The translations under genes were made by a program, and so were the position numbers. Shown piece by piece: positions 13,201 to 26,249 of a DNA stretch of 64,000 bases. Each line of letters opens with the position of its first letter. Within the stretch, counting starts at the first letter, position 1. The stretch lies in the NCBI RefSeq assembly GCF_006345805.1, contig NW_021832439.1, positions 53,813 through 117,812 on the forward strand, written 5' to 3'. Origin of the DNA: Octopus sinensis. Its lineage: Eukaryota. The notes under the pieces were generated by a model. The model was given only the letters and a program-made list of their open reading frames with translations, ran no database searches and was not told the DNA's origin.

Positions 13201-13400
13201 GTCATCCGGCTTCGCACATGTATTAGCACATATGTATATATAATATATATATATATACACTAAATTTTTCGTATTTTCAATAAAATGTATAACAATCTTG
13301 GTCGTTGTAGAAATAATAATAGCTAAATATAATAACAGAAAGGAGAACAACGGCAACATTGAATGAAAAAAGAGGTTAAAAAGAAAAAAAGTATCACATA

Positions 13401-14637
13401 CGAGACGATATCAAAAGGTCCCCCCCCCGGACTACTTCTGTAGCGCGCCAACAGATGACAGCACACGGTTGTACGTGAGGCGAGAGCTAGCAGTGACCTT
13501 CATGGGGCAGTGTGCCGAGTGACATTGCCGTGTTTACTGTGCCAAGTTGTGGAATTTGTGCTTTTGTGCTCACGTTTATGGCTGTAGTCTGCGATTTTTT
13601 GTCACGGACAGGAAGTTGGAACAAAAAAAAAGCCAACGTGATATTTTGCGTTGAACTTGGGAAGTCTGCTACGGAGAGGCATTGAATATATTTCGGCAAT
13701 GGGTCGTACGCAAGGTTTCGAAAGCAGAAGAACCTCTCTGGGTGATCTGGAAGACTTGCCACGAAGGTGACCCCCGAAAATGTGGGGGAAAATTTATAAA
13801 CTTGTGTATGAGGATCGTCGGACACCATCAACGACATTGCTGGTGTTGTAGGTCTGTCGTATGGGTCCGAGAAGGCAATCCTAACGTCTGAATTGAAAAT
13901 GCGGCGTGTCTCTGCTAAGTTTGTTCCTAGAACATCGTATCGAAATCTGTCAAGATCTCCGTCAGCGTGTCACTGATGACCCATCTTTCATGTCGAGGGT
14001 CATCACCGGTGACGAGAGTTGGGTCAACAGATACGACCCTGAGACGAAGCAGCAGTCGTCACAATGGAAGAGGCCTTTCTTTCCACGACCGAAGAAGGCA
14101 CAACAGAGCCGTAGCTTAATCAAGAGCTTGCTCATTTTTCCCTTTTTTCCTACATCCGCGGTATTGTGCGTCCCCCAGGGTCAGACCGTCAATCGAAAGT
14201 TCTACTGCGGCGTTTGAGGAGGGGACATCTAGCAAAACCGACAGGATCTGTGGGGCGCGGATTGGATTCCTCACGACAATGCATCCTGTCACCGAGTTCT
14301 CCTCACTCGTGAATTTCTCGCCAAAAACAACAGGGTATCGCTTCTGCACCCGTCCTACCCGCCTGAGTTAGCACCTACGAACTTTCCATCTCTTCCCCCA
14401 AAATGGAAATGCAGCTCAAAGGTCGTCGTTTTAACACCGTTGTCGAAATCCGGAGCGAATCGCTCGTCCTCGACTCGCTTACGGAAAACGACTTCCAGGC
14501 CCTATTCCAAAAGTGGCAGGAACGCCGGGACGGGTGTAGTGCTGCGCAAGGTTACTATTTCGAATGAAATTATGTTAAAACTTAGATAAACGAGCTATTT
14601 TTTTTTTTTAGCCCGGGATCTTTTTGATACCACCTCG
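13401..14637 (+). mobile_element. Full-length but decayed mariner transposon
   Basis: TA TSDs at 13399-13400 and 14638-14639; imperfect TIRs CGAGACGATATCAAAAGGTCCC / GGGATCTTTTTGATACCACCTCG; frameshifted transposase with ITGDESWV..YDPETKQQSSQW, HDNA and HPSYPPELAP motifs. Confidence 0.92.
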
Positions 14638-17600
14638 TACAGTGACTCGTCTTAATTATAAAACGAGGTTTATGAAATATAAACCAATTCCTTCAAGAAC
14701 AAACACTCAAAAAGCTATCTAATTTAGGCATTGACGATACCATTAATTTACTATAAAAATTTATATACATTTACGTCTATTTACCTGTATGGAAAATTGG
14801 TATAAAAGACAGGTTACATCATGTGTTGTGTAATCAAATCGTCAACAAGTTCTTTTTTCGTTTAGATTTCCTGACTTTTAGATTCTCGCTTTATTTCTTG
14901 GATTTTCGTAAATAGAAATCGATCCTGAAAAATAAAAACTGTGGAATAAAAGAGATTTTTTTTTAAAGGCAATTTGTAAATAATTCCAGTTAGACTTTAT
15001 AACAGATGTATATGAATATTATGTGAACTTATATATTCAATATGCGTACCCTGTCATCATATATATATAGCAATAAAAATAAATTGTGTGGTTGGATCTA
15101 ATATGACTAATGACAGAATTCCTTTGCATTCTTTTACAACGAAGTGAAAAAATTCCTTGTATCTTACATCCAGGTCTCTGTTTTATTCCCTTTCTTTCTT
15201 GACCGACAAAAGCAAAGAGAGGGAGGAAAAAAACTGCATAGATAATATATTTATATATAAAGAAGAATTGAACAAAAGCAACTTGAAGGCTATCCTCTAT
15301 CCTGTCACCTTCCTGCTCTGCATGTAATTCAGGTCTGAAGTATATATATTCCAGTTGTAAAAATTGACCAAATGGCTGAAGAAGAACGAACGCCTAGCAA
15401 CAGAGTCTAGCTTTATTCCATTGTCGAACAATGCACAAATACTAATAACACTTCCATTCTTTCAACGAATGAAAAAGAAATATCCATAACCTGCTGCTAA
15501 ATTAATTCGTCAGTGACCTGATAATGGCTTAGGTTAGATATGAGTAATAATAATAATGATGATAATGATGATAATGATAATTATAGTCAGTGTTTGAAGA
15601 GGAAGAATTTATAGTCAAAATAATATACTTGGAAGCAGTATTTCTTTATTCTATCAATAATTCTTCCTGCTGCTTTTATTTTGGTGTAATGAATGAAGAA
15701 TCTGTTAAAATAAGCCAAAATGTTAGACCGAAAAGAAGCAAAACTATTCGTTAATTAAATTAAAATTATCCATGTTGAATTCTAAATATTTGCAGTGCGA
15801 CTATTAATTGCTTGATTGCTTGTTTTCGTTTTTATTTTTCGTTATTTTTTATTTAATTCGTTAGCAAAGAATTCCCGAACTATTAAAGACTGTTATTTTT
15901 AAACACCAGGTCAATCCTGATGAGTAAACCATCTAACATGATCAAAGCACCTTTCAACCACGACCATCCATATAATTTACCTTCCTTCTCTATAACTGAA
16001 TGTGTCCTTTATTTAAGACAAGGGTACGATTTTCCTTAAGTGAGAAGGAAGAGATGTATAATTACTGCTCTTTCTAGCAGGTCGTTTGACTTATAATAAG
16101 TCATCGTAACACGAACCATTTGCCTCAACAAGACGGTGTTTCAATTATTTAATTACTGGCAAGAAATAAATCAGATATATTTTTTATGGTGAAATTACAT
16201 CGCTTTCAGATTTATTTATAAATACACAAAATACAGAACTAGCGACATTGGTGACTTCTTGTAGTAATAAGGAACAAGTCTTTCTAAAATATTTTATAAC
16301 CTTGACGTCCCACAAAAGTTTTAATTGACCGTGTGAGGAAAAACGAGGGAAATTAAACCAAATCGGGGCTGGATTTCGTTTAAAAAATAAAATCCTTTTA
16401 ACTTTAAAACCTACTCATTCTATAAAAAAAAAAAAGGATATTAAATGATAATCTAATTCCAAATATAATCTGGATTTAAAATGAAACAGGGATCGTCAAA
16501 ACTGAAATGCAATTTGAGAAGAACGAACTTATATTAATTATTATAATATTGATGTTTTTTTATTACCCACATGGGGCCAACAAAAAGGGGACAATACAAT
16601 CTGATTTTGGGGTCAGATGAGAGAATAATTATACCCAAAAAAATGACATTAAAAATTTTACAAAAATAAGAAATTATAATGAAATCGAATAATATTAATT
16701 ATTTTGCGGGAAAACATAACAATGAATTCGATTGGTTTTTTAAATGTAAAATATTAATTTCTATTTTTAAAATCAACTCCGATTGTCCGTTATGAAGGTA
16801 CATTAAGTGACAATCCAATTCCAGAAACGACGAGATGGTCACTAATTGGACGAAATGTCTATGGTTACTAATTGGTAGAAATGTCTATTTCTCACAGATC
16901 TGCCTGAGTGATCAGCGCTGACCTGGAGTCGAACAACAAACCTACAACAGGTTATTTATATATAATAATAATAATATTAATAAAAAACCGAATGGGAAAA
17001 TAATATAATGGATTCAGATTTTAACATTTACTATTCACACTTAATATGTACAGTGGAAGTTAATTTATTGTGATCCGAGACCATTAAAAAGCAACATTAA
17101 ACAAGGTCTATAGCAATATTGAGGGCATGTGCTTTGGGGAAACGTATTTTGCTAACAGATAAACTATACCAGTTTCATTAAGTAGGTGATTCTAAGAAAT
17201 CTGTAACTATAATGTTTGCCTGTGTGTATATATATCATGTATACACAATTATATATAGTTCATATCTTTCTTCTCAGTAGCATGATTATAATTTCGAAGC
17301 AAGCTTTTTACAACGGAACTAAAGAATTAAGTTTAATTTAAGAAGTTACAAACTACAAAATTATATATGTAATTAAGAGAAAAAAACCTCTAAGTGAAAG
17401 ATATATCTATATTAAAGCATATAGAAAGAATTAAAATATAGGCGATGTATATTATAATAAATATTATTCTAAAAATCACTAAATTGTATTCCCTACGATT
17501 AATTATATATATATATATATGTATATATATAGGTTCGAATTTAATATAATTTAATAATATATAGGTTCGAATTTTTAATATAACATTAATTATAAAAAGT

Positions 17601-18276
17601 TATTTATAAACATGCGACAGGTTTGGGAAAAAAAATAATAAAGCGGAATCAATTTCCATAATTATAGTTTAAAAAATTCAGTAATTAACGCGTACAGTTT
17701 GTACTATGTTAATCTACAATCTAATTAAAATTTTGAAATATGTGGGATTAATTAAGTTGTTGAGGTAATGAGATGAGCCCACGGTTGTTTTTAAATTTCC
17801 ATCAGTCCCCCTATGAAGATTTTGGCGGCATCAAAAGATCTTAATATTTACCTTGGGTTCATTCAATTAATTTGCCACGTTTCTAATTATGTACTTTTAT
17901 CTCTAATAAATCTTTCTTTAAACATGTAACCAGTGGCAGGCAGGTTTTATAAAGTCGCTGTAATTAGTAAAAATAACAGCTAAATCTCCCTTAATTCACT
18001 TAGAGCCCCCCAAAAAGGTAAAAAAAAGGGAGTGATACATTAGATAATGTGGTTCTAGATAGACTTTATTCGAAAACAAGGCAGGAAAATCAGAATTGGA
18101 ACATTTTCGAAATCTAATTGAAACGGAAGCGTTGACCTTGGGCTAAACATCTTTTGGACACGTTTTCTATTAGTTCATTAGCATAATAATTTAATGATTT
18201 CCTCCTCGAAAAATATAATACAATCTAGTGTAAGCTTTATTTATAAATCTATGTAATTATTATTAAAACTTTAACT

Positions 18277-18785
18277 AAGGCGGTAAACTGATAGTATGGG
18301 TGAGCGTCGATCAAAATGCTTAGCGGTATTTCTTTTACGTTAGCTGAGTTCAAATTCCGCCAAGGTCGACTTTGCCTTTCAACCTTTCGGGGTCGATTAA
18401 ATAAGTACCAGTTTGTCTGTCCTTGTTTGTCCTCTCTGTGTTTAGCCCCTTGTGGGTAATAAAGAAACAAGTATTTCTTTTACGACAAATTCCGTTGAGG
18501 TCGACTTTGCCTTTCATCCTTTCGGGATCGATAAATTAAGTACCAGTTAAGCACTGGGGTCGATGTAATCGACTTAATACCTATGTCTGTCCTTGTTGGT
18601 CCCCTCTGTGTTTATCCCCTTGTCGGTAGTAAAGAAATGGGTATTTCTTTTACGTTAGCTGAGTTCAAATTCTGCTGAGGCCAACTTTGTTTTTTATGCT
18701 CTCCGGGTCGATAAAATAAGTACTAGCTGAACACAGAGGATCGATGTAATCGGTTGGCCCTCTCCCCACAAAATTTCAGGTCTTG
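18277..18785 (+). mobile_element. SINE family C with Nin/Deu-like core, tandem trimer
   Basis: Core GCCTTTCATCCTTTCGGG.TCGATAAATTAAGTACCAG occurs three times. Other copies at 27622-28047- (dimer), 37077-37425, 48164-48385+, 50250-50410+, 53733-53940+, 60025-60436- (dimer), 63720-63905-. The Nin/Deu assignment is from recalled consensus. Confidence 0.75.
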
Positions 18786-20443
18786 GACTGGACTGGTACT
18801 TTAATTTATCGACCTCAAAGGGATTTGAACTCGGAACGAACACAAAAACGAAAACAAAAACAAAAAAACAAGGATTGATACATTAGATGAAATAGTCTAT
18901 GCTACCCTTAAAACTACGGGATGGTCGCGGCTGGAATGCTTTTAGTCGTAAGTCTTTCCGATCAACATTGGTTTTGGACTAAACAGCAATAACTTCGATT
19001 TTTAAAAACACGAGCTAATGAGTTGACCTCTATTAGAAATGGCAATCAAATCCCCCTTAAGATATACCACATTCGATGATGTAATCCCCCTTATACTATG
19101 CCTTAAAAACAGAGACGCAATACCTTTTTAGGACTTTACGGTCGGAGGTCGACCTGAGGCTAACTCAAAATTTAGAAATTCATTATAAATTGCTACTTTA
19201 ATTAAAATTTTAGTAGCAATCCCGCAAACATAAAATAAATACTTAGCGCATTAATTATTCGTTTTACTTTTCATTTTATACAGGTGTGGATGTGTGGTAA
19301 GAAGCCAACTCCCCAGTCACATAGTTCTGGGTTCAGTCCCACTGTGTGGCACCTTGGGCAAGTGTCTTCTATTATAGCCTTGGGCTGACCAAAGCTTTGT
19401 GAGTGGATTTAGTAGACAGAAACTGAAAGAAGCCCATCGTATATATATTAAAATGTTTTAGTTACCTAGAAATTATGTTTAAAAACTGCCGTTCAAACCG
19501 AAAAGATTCATTAAAATATTTTAATCAGAAGAAATTAATCCATTAGAGAGAGAGGAAAGAGAAAATTTAATATGAATTTAAAAATCTAACGCATTATTAT
19601 GCTTATCTCACGAGTGTCAAAATGATTTTAGGATAGACACTTAGATAACATCACACATGGCTCCCGAACTTAAATGGCTTTTATTTTATAGACTCCTCAA
19701 CAAATGAGGCAAACACTGAGTCATAACTAATTACCATTTACCCCTAAAAATTATTAAACATTTTTTTGTCCTTTATTAATAGTTTCCGACTTAAGCTATA
19801 AGACCAACCAGTTTTGAAGAGGGTATCCGTTGACACCATTGACCTCGCTACTTGTACTGTTTTATGGACCTCAGACGGTTGAAAGGCAAAATTGACCTTG
19901 TCGTGATGAACTCAGCCCTTTTCTTCCTTTTATTAATGACAAAGTAAAATTCGTTTGACCTTCGTATGACTCCTCTTTTTTCATCAAGATGTTAGATGAG
20001 TTTTAAAAGTTTAGGATATTTTCGTTTTGACGGGCAAATTTTTAAAATAATTGATTGGTTGAAATTGCCGAAATGCAAGAAATTAGACAACAAATAGCTT
20101 ACAAACTACAGAATTTTCTCAAGAAAGCCAAGAGAAAAAGATGTTTTATAAACACATTCTACCAGTATACGAAGTTTAACAGTGTTTAGTTACAAAGAAA
20201 TTATTTTAAAAATCTGCCGGGCAAAGCGAAAAAAACCAAAGTTTACAAACCTAACTGAATTTCATTGAAAATGGAAGTTTATTTGTCCACACCCTTACAA
20301 CCCAATTCCTGTGAGAAACACTACCTTAAACTATTCTAAAAATCTAACAAATTATTAGGGTTCTGCTTAAATACTTCAAAATCACTAATTCAGAAAACTT
20401 AATTTTAAGTTGAAATTATAATTTTATGAAAAATAAAGATTAA

Positions 20444-21336
20444 AAATATTTTTGGAAATGGAAAATAATAATAATAAGTAATTCCATTATGAAGCTAGAA
20501 CAAAGATAATCTAATTAAAATTCTACTGATTAATAAACAAGTGGATTCTCCTCAGGTTTTTATTAAAACGGACCAAGGGGGACATTTTCTTAACACTAAA
20601 AATTGGACGCTAAAAATTGTCTCCCTTGAAATGGCGGAATTTTTTTTTCTGGAAATATTTTCTTTAAAATATTTAATACATTCCTTTCATCTTGCAATTT
20701 CTCCAACCTGTATCAAGTTTCTGTTAATATCTTAATTTAGTGGACATTATTAATGACTGGGGTTTAGTATTGACAGAATTTTCTGTCATAAATTTGTGTC
20801 AGAATAAAGTAAATTCATGAAAAGCAAACCCAAAGCACCATGATTTATTTATATTACGTAGCATTAAATAGATCGAGGTAAATATTCTCAATTGGTCTAT
20901 TGACATGCTAAAAATAGCTGCTAAAGCTGTTTTAAATTACATATTAGAGTCTTCAGAGGAAGGACATTTGATAATGAGGTATGGGAAAAATAAAATCAGG
21001 ATGGGCAAGGCTGGAGCGCTTGATTAAGGTTAAGCATAACAAAACCATGGAACATGGAAAGGCGCCAAAATTGCTGCAGTAAAATCTAAAATAAACGACA
21101 CAATGTCAACATGAATATAATTTTGTGCTTATCATTAGATGAAAGTTTTTCAGGAAAACTATATTGTAAAACATTCAGACAATTTTTCAACAATTTGATG
21201 CTGTTTTAACGTCAACTTTTTAACGTCTGTTTTAATCAAATAGACATGACGACATTTCCACAAATTTCACAATCATAAAGTGCCTCGTCTCTCTGTGAAG
21301 CTATGAGGTGCATTATTTTGTATTACAGAGTGTGTG

Positions 21337-21371
<35 letters not shown>

Positions 21372-21567
21372 TGTGTAGTAAGATTTTCAGCAAATAGCAA
21401 AATTAGGAAAGCACTCGATCAGGTAACAGCTTGATAAATGGTGAAATAAATTAATATTTCGGCCAGGAAACCCTGGGAAGCTGTATTTCATTAGGGATTT
21501 TATGGTTATTTTTATTATATATATATATAAATATATATGGATGTTTTGCGTTCTTGTCCCATTTTTG

Positions 21568-21614
<47 letters not shown>

Positions 21615-22215
21615 GGGAGAGAAAGAGAGAAGCAGGCAGGCATTTTCTGTCCAAATGGTTTTATCGATTCTTTTACAGCTTGGACTATTTTGTAACTCTC
21701 TCTGTTCGATTATGTAACAGTCTGCTTCTCTTCAATATTCATTCCTAATAAAAATCATTTACTGAAATCAAACGAAATACTACCATATTTTTACATTAAT
21801 TTAATACAACATTTGCTTCAAAGAATCCCTAGTAAAGGATCCTTTAACCTGAAGCCTTTTTAAATCAGGGAATGACGAAATATTAAAATACATTTTCATA
21901 TATTTCTTAGGTCGCCGCCGCATTTTCCCTTCCAACAGAGAATGATGTTATGACTAAAATATTCATGTCATTTCTACTACCATACAAGATTTTAATTAAT
22001 CATACCACGACCGGTATTCATTATTCCCAAGTCCGTTTTGTATTATAGAAACATCATGGCTATGTGTCTTTAATTCTAATAAAACTAAATAAAGATGCGT
22101 TACGCTTAAGAATTCATTTCGTTGTCCATTGTTGATTGTTTTACCTTACAGCATATTTATTTGGCTGTTAAATCTAGCAACAAGTTGAACATCTAAACCA
22201 GCAGTTCCCATAGCA
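20444..22215. repeat. Left arm of a large inverted duplication
   Basis: 20444-21330 is the reverse complement of about 33575-34471 (identical 64-aa ORF in both arms); 21640-22215 matches about 31000-31550 more loosely. Confidence 0.9.
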
Positions 22216-22276
22216 GTCGTCAGCACCATTGCTCCCATTATAGCTAACAGGGATCACTTTGTTGCTGATGAGGGAG
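22174..22276 (-). CDS. Candidate terminal coding exon, Cys-rich C-terminus (SLISNKVIPVSYNGSNGADDCYGNCWFRCSTCC*)
   Basis: Acceptor TTTCCCTTACAG, open frame to TAG, AATAAA at 22156-22161; the diverged duplicate at about 31.0 kb keeps the frame and STCC*. Confidence 0.45.
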
Positions 22277-22795
22277 CTGTAAGGGAAATTATTTCGAAGG
22301 AAGGCGTAGAATTTATTGTTAGCCTGTCTTAGATAAAATACTTTTTCTTCAATATTGTCGTGTGACCCAGTCTTTCTTCTAAGTTATTGTCGTCTGCGAC
22401 AAATCGGTCTCGATCGAATAGACTGCTAACGAAAGACATTTCATTTTTTTTATATTTTTGCTCCACATTTAGTACAGCCAGGACTGCATTATTCAAAAAG
22501 CCCTTCTATTTTTTTTTTTAAGACAGCAAGCTATGATTTGATAGATATTTGACTGCTGTTTCTAGCTATCCCAGCGATCACGAGGAGAAAGTATGGGAAA
22601 ACTTTTCAAAATGCTGTTACAAGTTTATGGCGGGGAGGCGTCATATCTGCAACGTAGCCATAATGAAAAAATAATGAATCTTTAATTACATAAATTCTTT
22701 TCTGAAAATTCTGTTACATTTTGGATGAAACTTTTTAAAAATATTTTTTTAAGCATTTTGACAGCGAACTGGTTCAAACTTTAAATGTAGCCTAC

Positions 22796-22831
22796 ATTTT
22801 TTCCTCGCTTGCCAAGCTTCCTTCCTCGTCT
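22796..22831 (-). CDS. Candidate 36-nt internal exon (DEEGSLASEEK-I)
   Basis: Acceptor TTTTCGTATCAG, donor GTAGGC, phase 2/2, in frame with both neighbouring candidates. Confidence 0.4.
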
Positions 22832-22896
22832 CTGATACGAAAATTATATTCGTTGAAGACACGCTAGAAAGGTTTAATGAAAAAAACTGGACAGTA

Positions 22897-23410
22897 CTGT
22901 AAATCCTCGAGTATAGTCCGCCCTTGAGTATAATACGCAGGGGATTTTTAGGGGGCTGTACCTCTGAAAAACCTAAACCTTGTATATAATACGCACCCCT
23001 TCTCTAACTTGAGTCAAGGAGTTCTATATAATGTCCTTGGTTTGTAAAAATGTATACAGTAACGTCCTTTATTATTATTGTATACATAACATAATGCAAA
23101 CGTGTAGCTTTTTTGTGCATTTTGTTTGCAGAAAATAAAGAAATAACAGTAATAACGTTTAATAAATGTTGCGTATTGCAAGTTATGGATGATTCTTTTA
23201 TGACTTCATTGCTTTCTGGCTTAGCTTAAGGTATTTTCGCGCCCAACATCACAAAATGCGTCTGAATAAACATTGCTGGACAGCAAATAGAGACTCTGAC
23301 ATTGCTTAGAAAATAATTTTTATTTTTAACCTCGTATATAGTACGCACTAGGGATTTTGATCTTTAAATTTGGGGGGGGGGGAATGCGGATTATACTCGA
23401 GGATTTACGG
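22897..23410. mobile_element. Tc1/mariner-superfamily (pogo/Tc2-like) MITE
   Basis: TA TSDs; TIRs CTGTAAATCCTCGAGTATAGTCCGC / GCGGATTATACTCGAGGATTTACGG; internal repeats of the TATAATACGCA motif. Confidence 0.85.
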
Positions 23411-23555
23411 TAAACGCGAAAAGTTTGAGAATCAGACACCCTAAAGCTCTTCTTGTATTAGCATAACTGAGTTGGACCCTAATGAATTTCAAAAGTGACG
23501 AAACTTGTTTCTTACTATTTTTTACCCTTATATATTGGAATTTCATGGAGGTTAC

Positions 23556-23591
23556 ATCTGAGTTGTGTAACCAGGTCCTGGAGCTTTGTAC
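23556..23591 (-). CDS. Candidate 36-nt internal exon (YKAPGPGYTTQ-I)
   Basis: Acceptor GTTACATTTCAG, donor GTAACC, phase 2/2. Confidence 0.35.
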
Positions 23592-24551
23592 CTGAAATGT
23601 AACAATCATTGTAATATTTTTCGAAATTGTCAAAAACGCACTGCTTTCCATGATACATAAGAATACTTTAGAAAAAACGAAGATTGATGCCATTGTTGTA
23701 GATTTTGGCCAAGTATTTTCTACCACAATCTTGGGTAAACAAACGCCTTCTAAGAAAATTAGAAGCTTACACAGGGACCACATCTGTTCCTTCCTTATGT
23801 AGTAGACATAATCCATCACCCAGTCTTAAAACCACACCTCTTTTTTTCCATTTTTTCCTTTCTATCTCTTTTATAAGTGCCGTTGCCAGTACCGCCTGGC
23901 TGGCCCTCGTGCCGGTGGCACGTAAAAGCACCCACTACACTCTTGGAGTGGTTGGTGTTAGGAAGGGCATCCAGCTGTAGAAACCCTGCCAGATCAGATT
24001 GGAGCTTGGTGCAGCGATCTGGTTCGCCAGACCTCAGTCAAATTGTCCAACCCATGCTAGCATGGAAAGCGGACGTTAAACGATGATAGTGATGATGATG
24101 ATGATGATGATTACAAGTTTATGGAGAGAGTGTTCCCGAGACAAGAAAAATAATAAATCTTTAATTACACTGTATACACAAATTCCTATCTACAAGCTAG
24201 CATATGTGACCTTTAGTTTATTGAGAACCTTTGAGGCTAGTTGGAAGAAAGGAAGGAGCTATCATCAACCCAAAATCCTGGTCCTTGTGTGCCTTCAGAA
24301 AAATGCACTCTGCTGTTGGTAAACATCTGAGCTAGGTCTTTAAGGTGAAGCTTTGAATAGAGCTGAGTGCGTGTGGACCTTCCTCCATTTAAATAAACAA
24401 AAATGGCAAACAATGAAAAACATGATAGAAACTAGGTTAGTTAAAATATGTTTGTGACACATTTTAACTAAAGTTACAACTTTGAATCTGCTCAGGGTCA
24501 TCTCTCTTCGGTATTTCTCAATGAGGAAAGCTACAGAGACAGAAACACACA

Positions 24552-25504
24552 TCTGGCTCTGTAGTACAGATGTCTTGTTTTCATAAGTTTTGAATTAAAA
24601 TCTTCCACCAAACCTTAGTCACAATTTATGTTCCTAACACTAGCTTAATGATAACTAAGTTATTTTACTAAATTCTTTGATATACTTAAAATTAATTGAA
24701 AGAAACACAGAGCATCTCAAATTAAATACAGTAATGAAAGGATTAAAATATACAATAGAGAAACAATCCTTAACCCTTTTTATACCAATCCGACTGAAAC
24801 TGCCTCTGGCTCTGAAGTACAAATGTCTTGTTTTCATAAGTTTTGAATTAAAATCTTCCACCAAACCTTAATCACAATTTATGTTCCTAACACTAGCTGA
24901 ATGATAACTAAGTTACTTTACTAAATTCTTTGTAATATTTAAAATTAATTGAAAGAAACACAGAGTATCTCAAAATAAATACAGTAACGAAAGGGTTAAA
25001 AAATATAACAGAGAAACAATTCTTAACCCTTTTTATACCAACCTGCCTGAAACCACTTCTGGCTCTGTAGTACAGATGTCTTATTTTCATAAGTTTTGAA
25101 TTAAAATCTTCCACCCAACCTTATTTACAACCTATGTTCCTAACACTAGCTTGAGGATAACTAAGTTCTGTTGTGTCTGGGGAGAGTCATTTTCTTTGTG
25201 TGCCTTATAATGTAACACACTCACTGGTAAAATTTCCACTTATTTCTTATTTTTATTTTCCTAAAATTTTTGTTGTGTCTTGCAACTTTTTCAATAGTCT
25301 TGACTCTTAAGGCACAAAAAGAAAATGACTCTCCCCAGACACAACAGAATATGCTTCAACACATGAACTCATATAAAGAATCTTGCAAACCAAATCCAAA
25401 AACGAAAGGTAACTAAGTTATTTTACTAAATTCTTTGTTATATTTTAAATTAGTTGAAAGAAACACAGAGCATCTCAAATTAAATACAGTAACGAAAGGG
25501 TTAA
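24552..25504 (+). mobile_element. Tandem array of a piggyBac-like MITE (253-bp period)
   Basis: Units TTAA|CCCTTT...AAAGGG|TTAA separated by a constant spacer of about 23 bp; the third unit carries an insertion (25168-25409) with 10-bp TSD TAACTAAGTT. Confidence 0.8.
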
Positions 25505-25948
25505 TTTCATGCTTCATTAACAATCTCATTATGTATGAATCTTACAGCTACTGATATAGGTGTGACATGGACTATAAAACTACATGGGATCATCCTGTCT
25601 CAAGAGGTTATGACACCAGGGTTTGTTTTGGTTCTTCAGATGTCACTGGTTACCAACACATCACCAGAGATTGAGCAGACAGTCCAAAAACATGGGAAGC
25701 TAGCCAAATAAAGTAATGACTCCAGAAATTTCTTCCAAGGGTATGTGATTAACAAAAGAAAGAGATTCGACTTCTAGAGTACAGGCACAGGAGTGGCTGT
25801 GTGGTAAGTAGCTTGTTTACCAACCACATGGTTCCGGGTTCAGTCTCACTGCGTGGCACCTTGGGCAAGTGTCTTCTACTATAGCTTTGGGCCAACCAAA
25901 GCCTTGTGAGTGGATTTGGTAGACGGAAACTAAAAGAAGCCCGTCGTA

Positions 25949-25996
<48 letters not shown>

Positions 25997-26249
25997 TGTG
26001 TGTGTTTGTGTGTCTGTGTTTGTCCCCCTAGCATTGCTTGACAACCGATGCTGGTGTGTTTATGTCCCCGTTACTTAGAGGTTCAGCAAAATAGACTGAT
26101 AGAATAAGTACTAATCTTATAAAAGAATAAGTCCTGGGGTCGAGTTGCTCGATTAAAGGCGGTGCTCCAGCATGGCCGCAGTCAAATGACTGAAACAAGC
26201 AAAAGAGAAAGTGAACTGAAGAATTAAAAAAAATTGTTGAAAAGGGACC

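Noticed and set aside
15040-15395. Stop-free minus-strand frame of about 120 codons, plus a nearby plus-strand ...ITCC* ending
   Set aside because: No early start codon, no recognisable motif and no alignable similarity to the Cys-rich exon.
20541-20735. 64-aa ORF identical in both duplication arms
   Set aside because: GTG start and no motif; identity simply reflects identical DNA.
23391-23819. 142-aa minus-strand ORF
   Set aside because: Runs into a MITE end and has no recognisable domain; the candidate micro-exon inside it uses another frame.
24552-25504. Repeat-spacer pattern resembling a CRISPR array
   Set aside because: Units are about 230 bp with near-constant spacers and TTAA/CCC ends; eukaryotic context and no cas genes.
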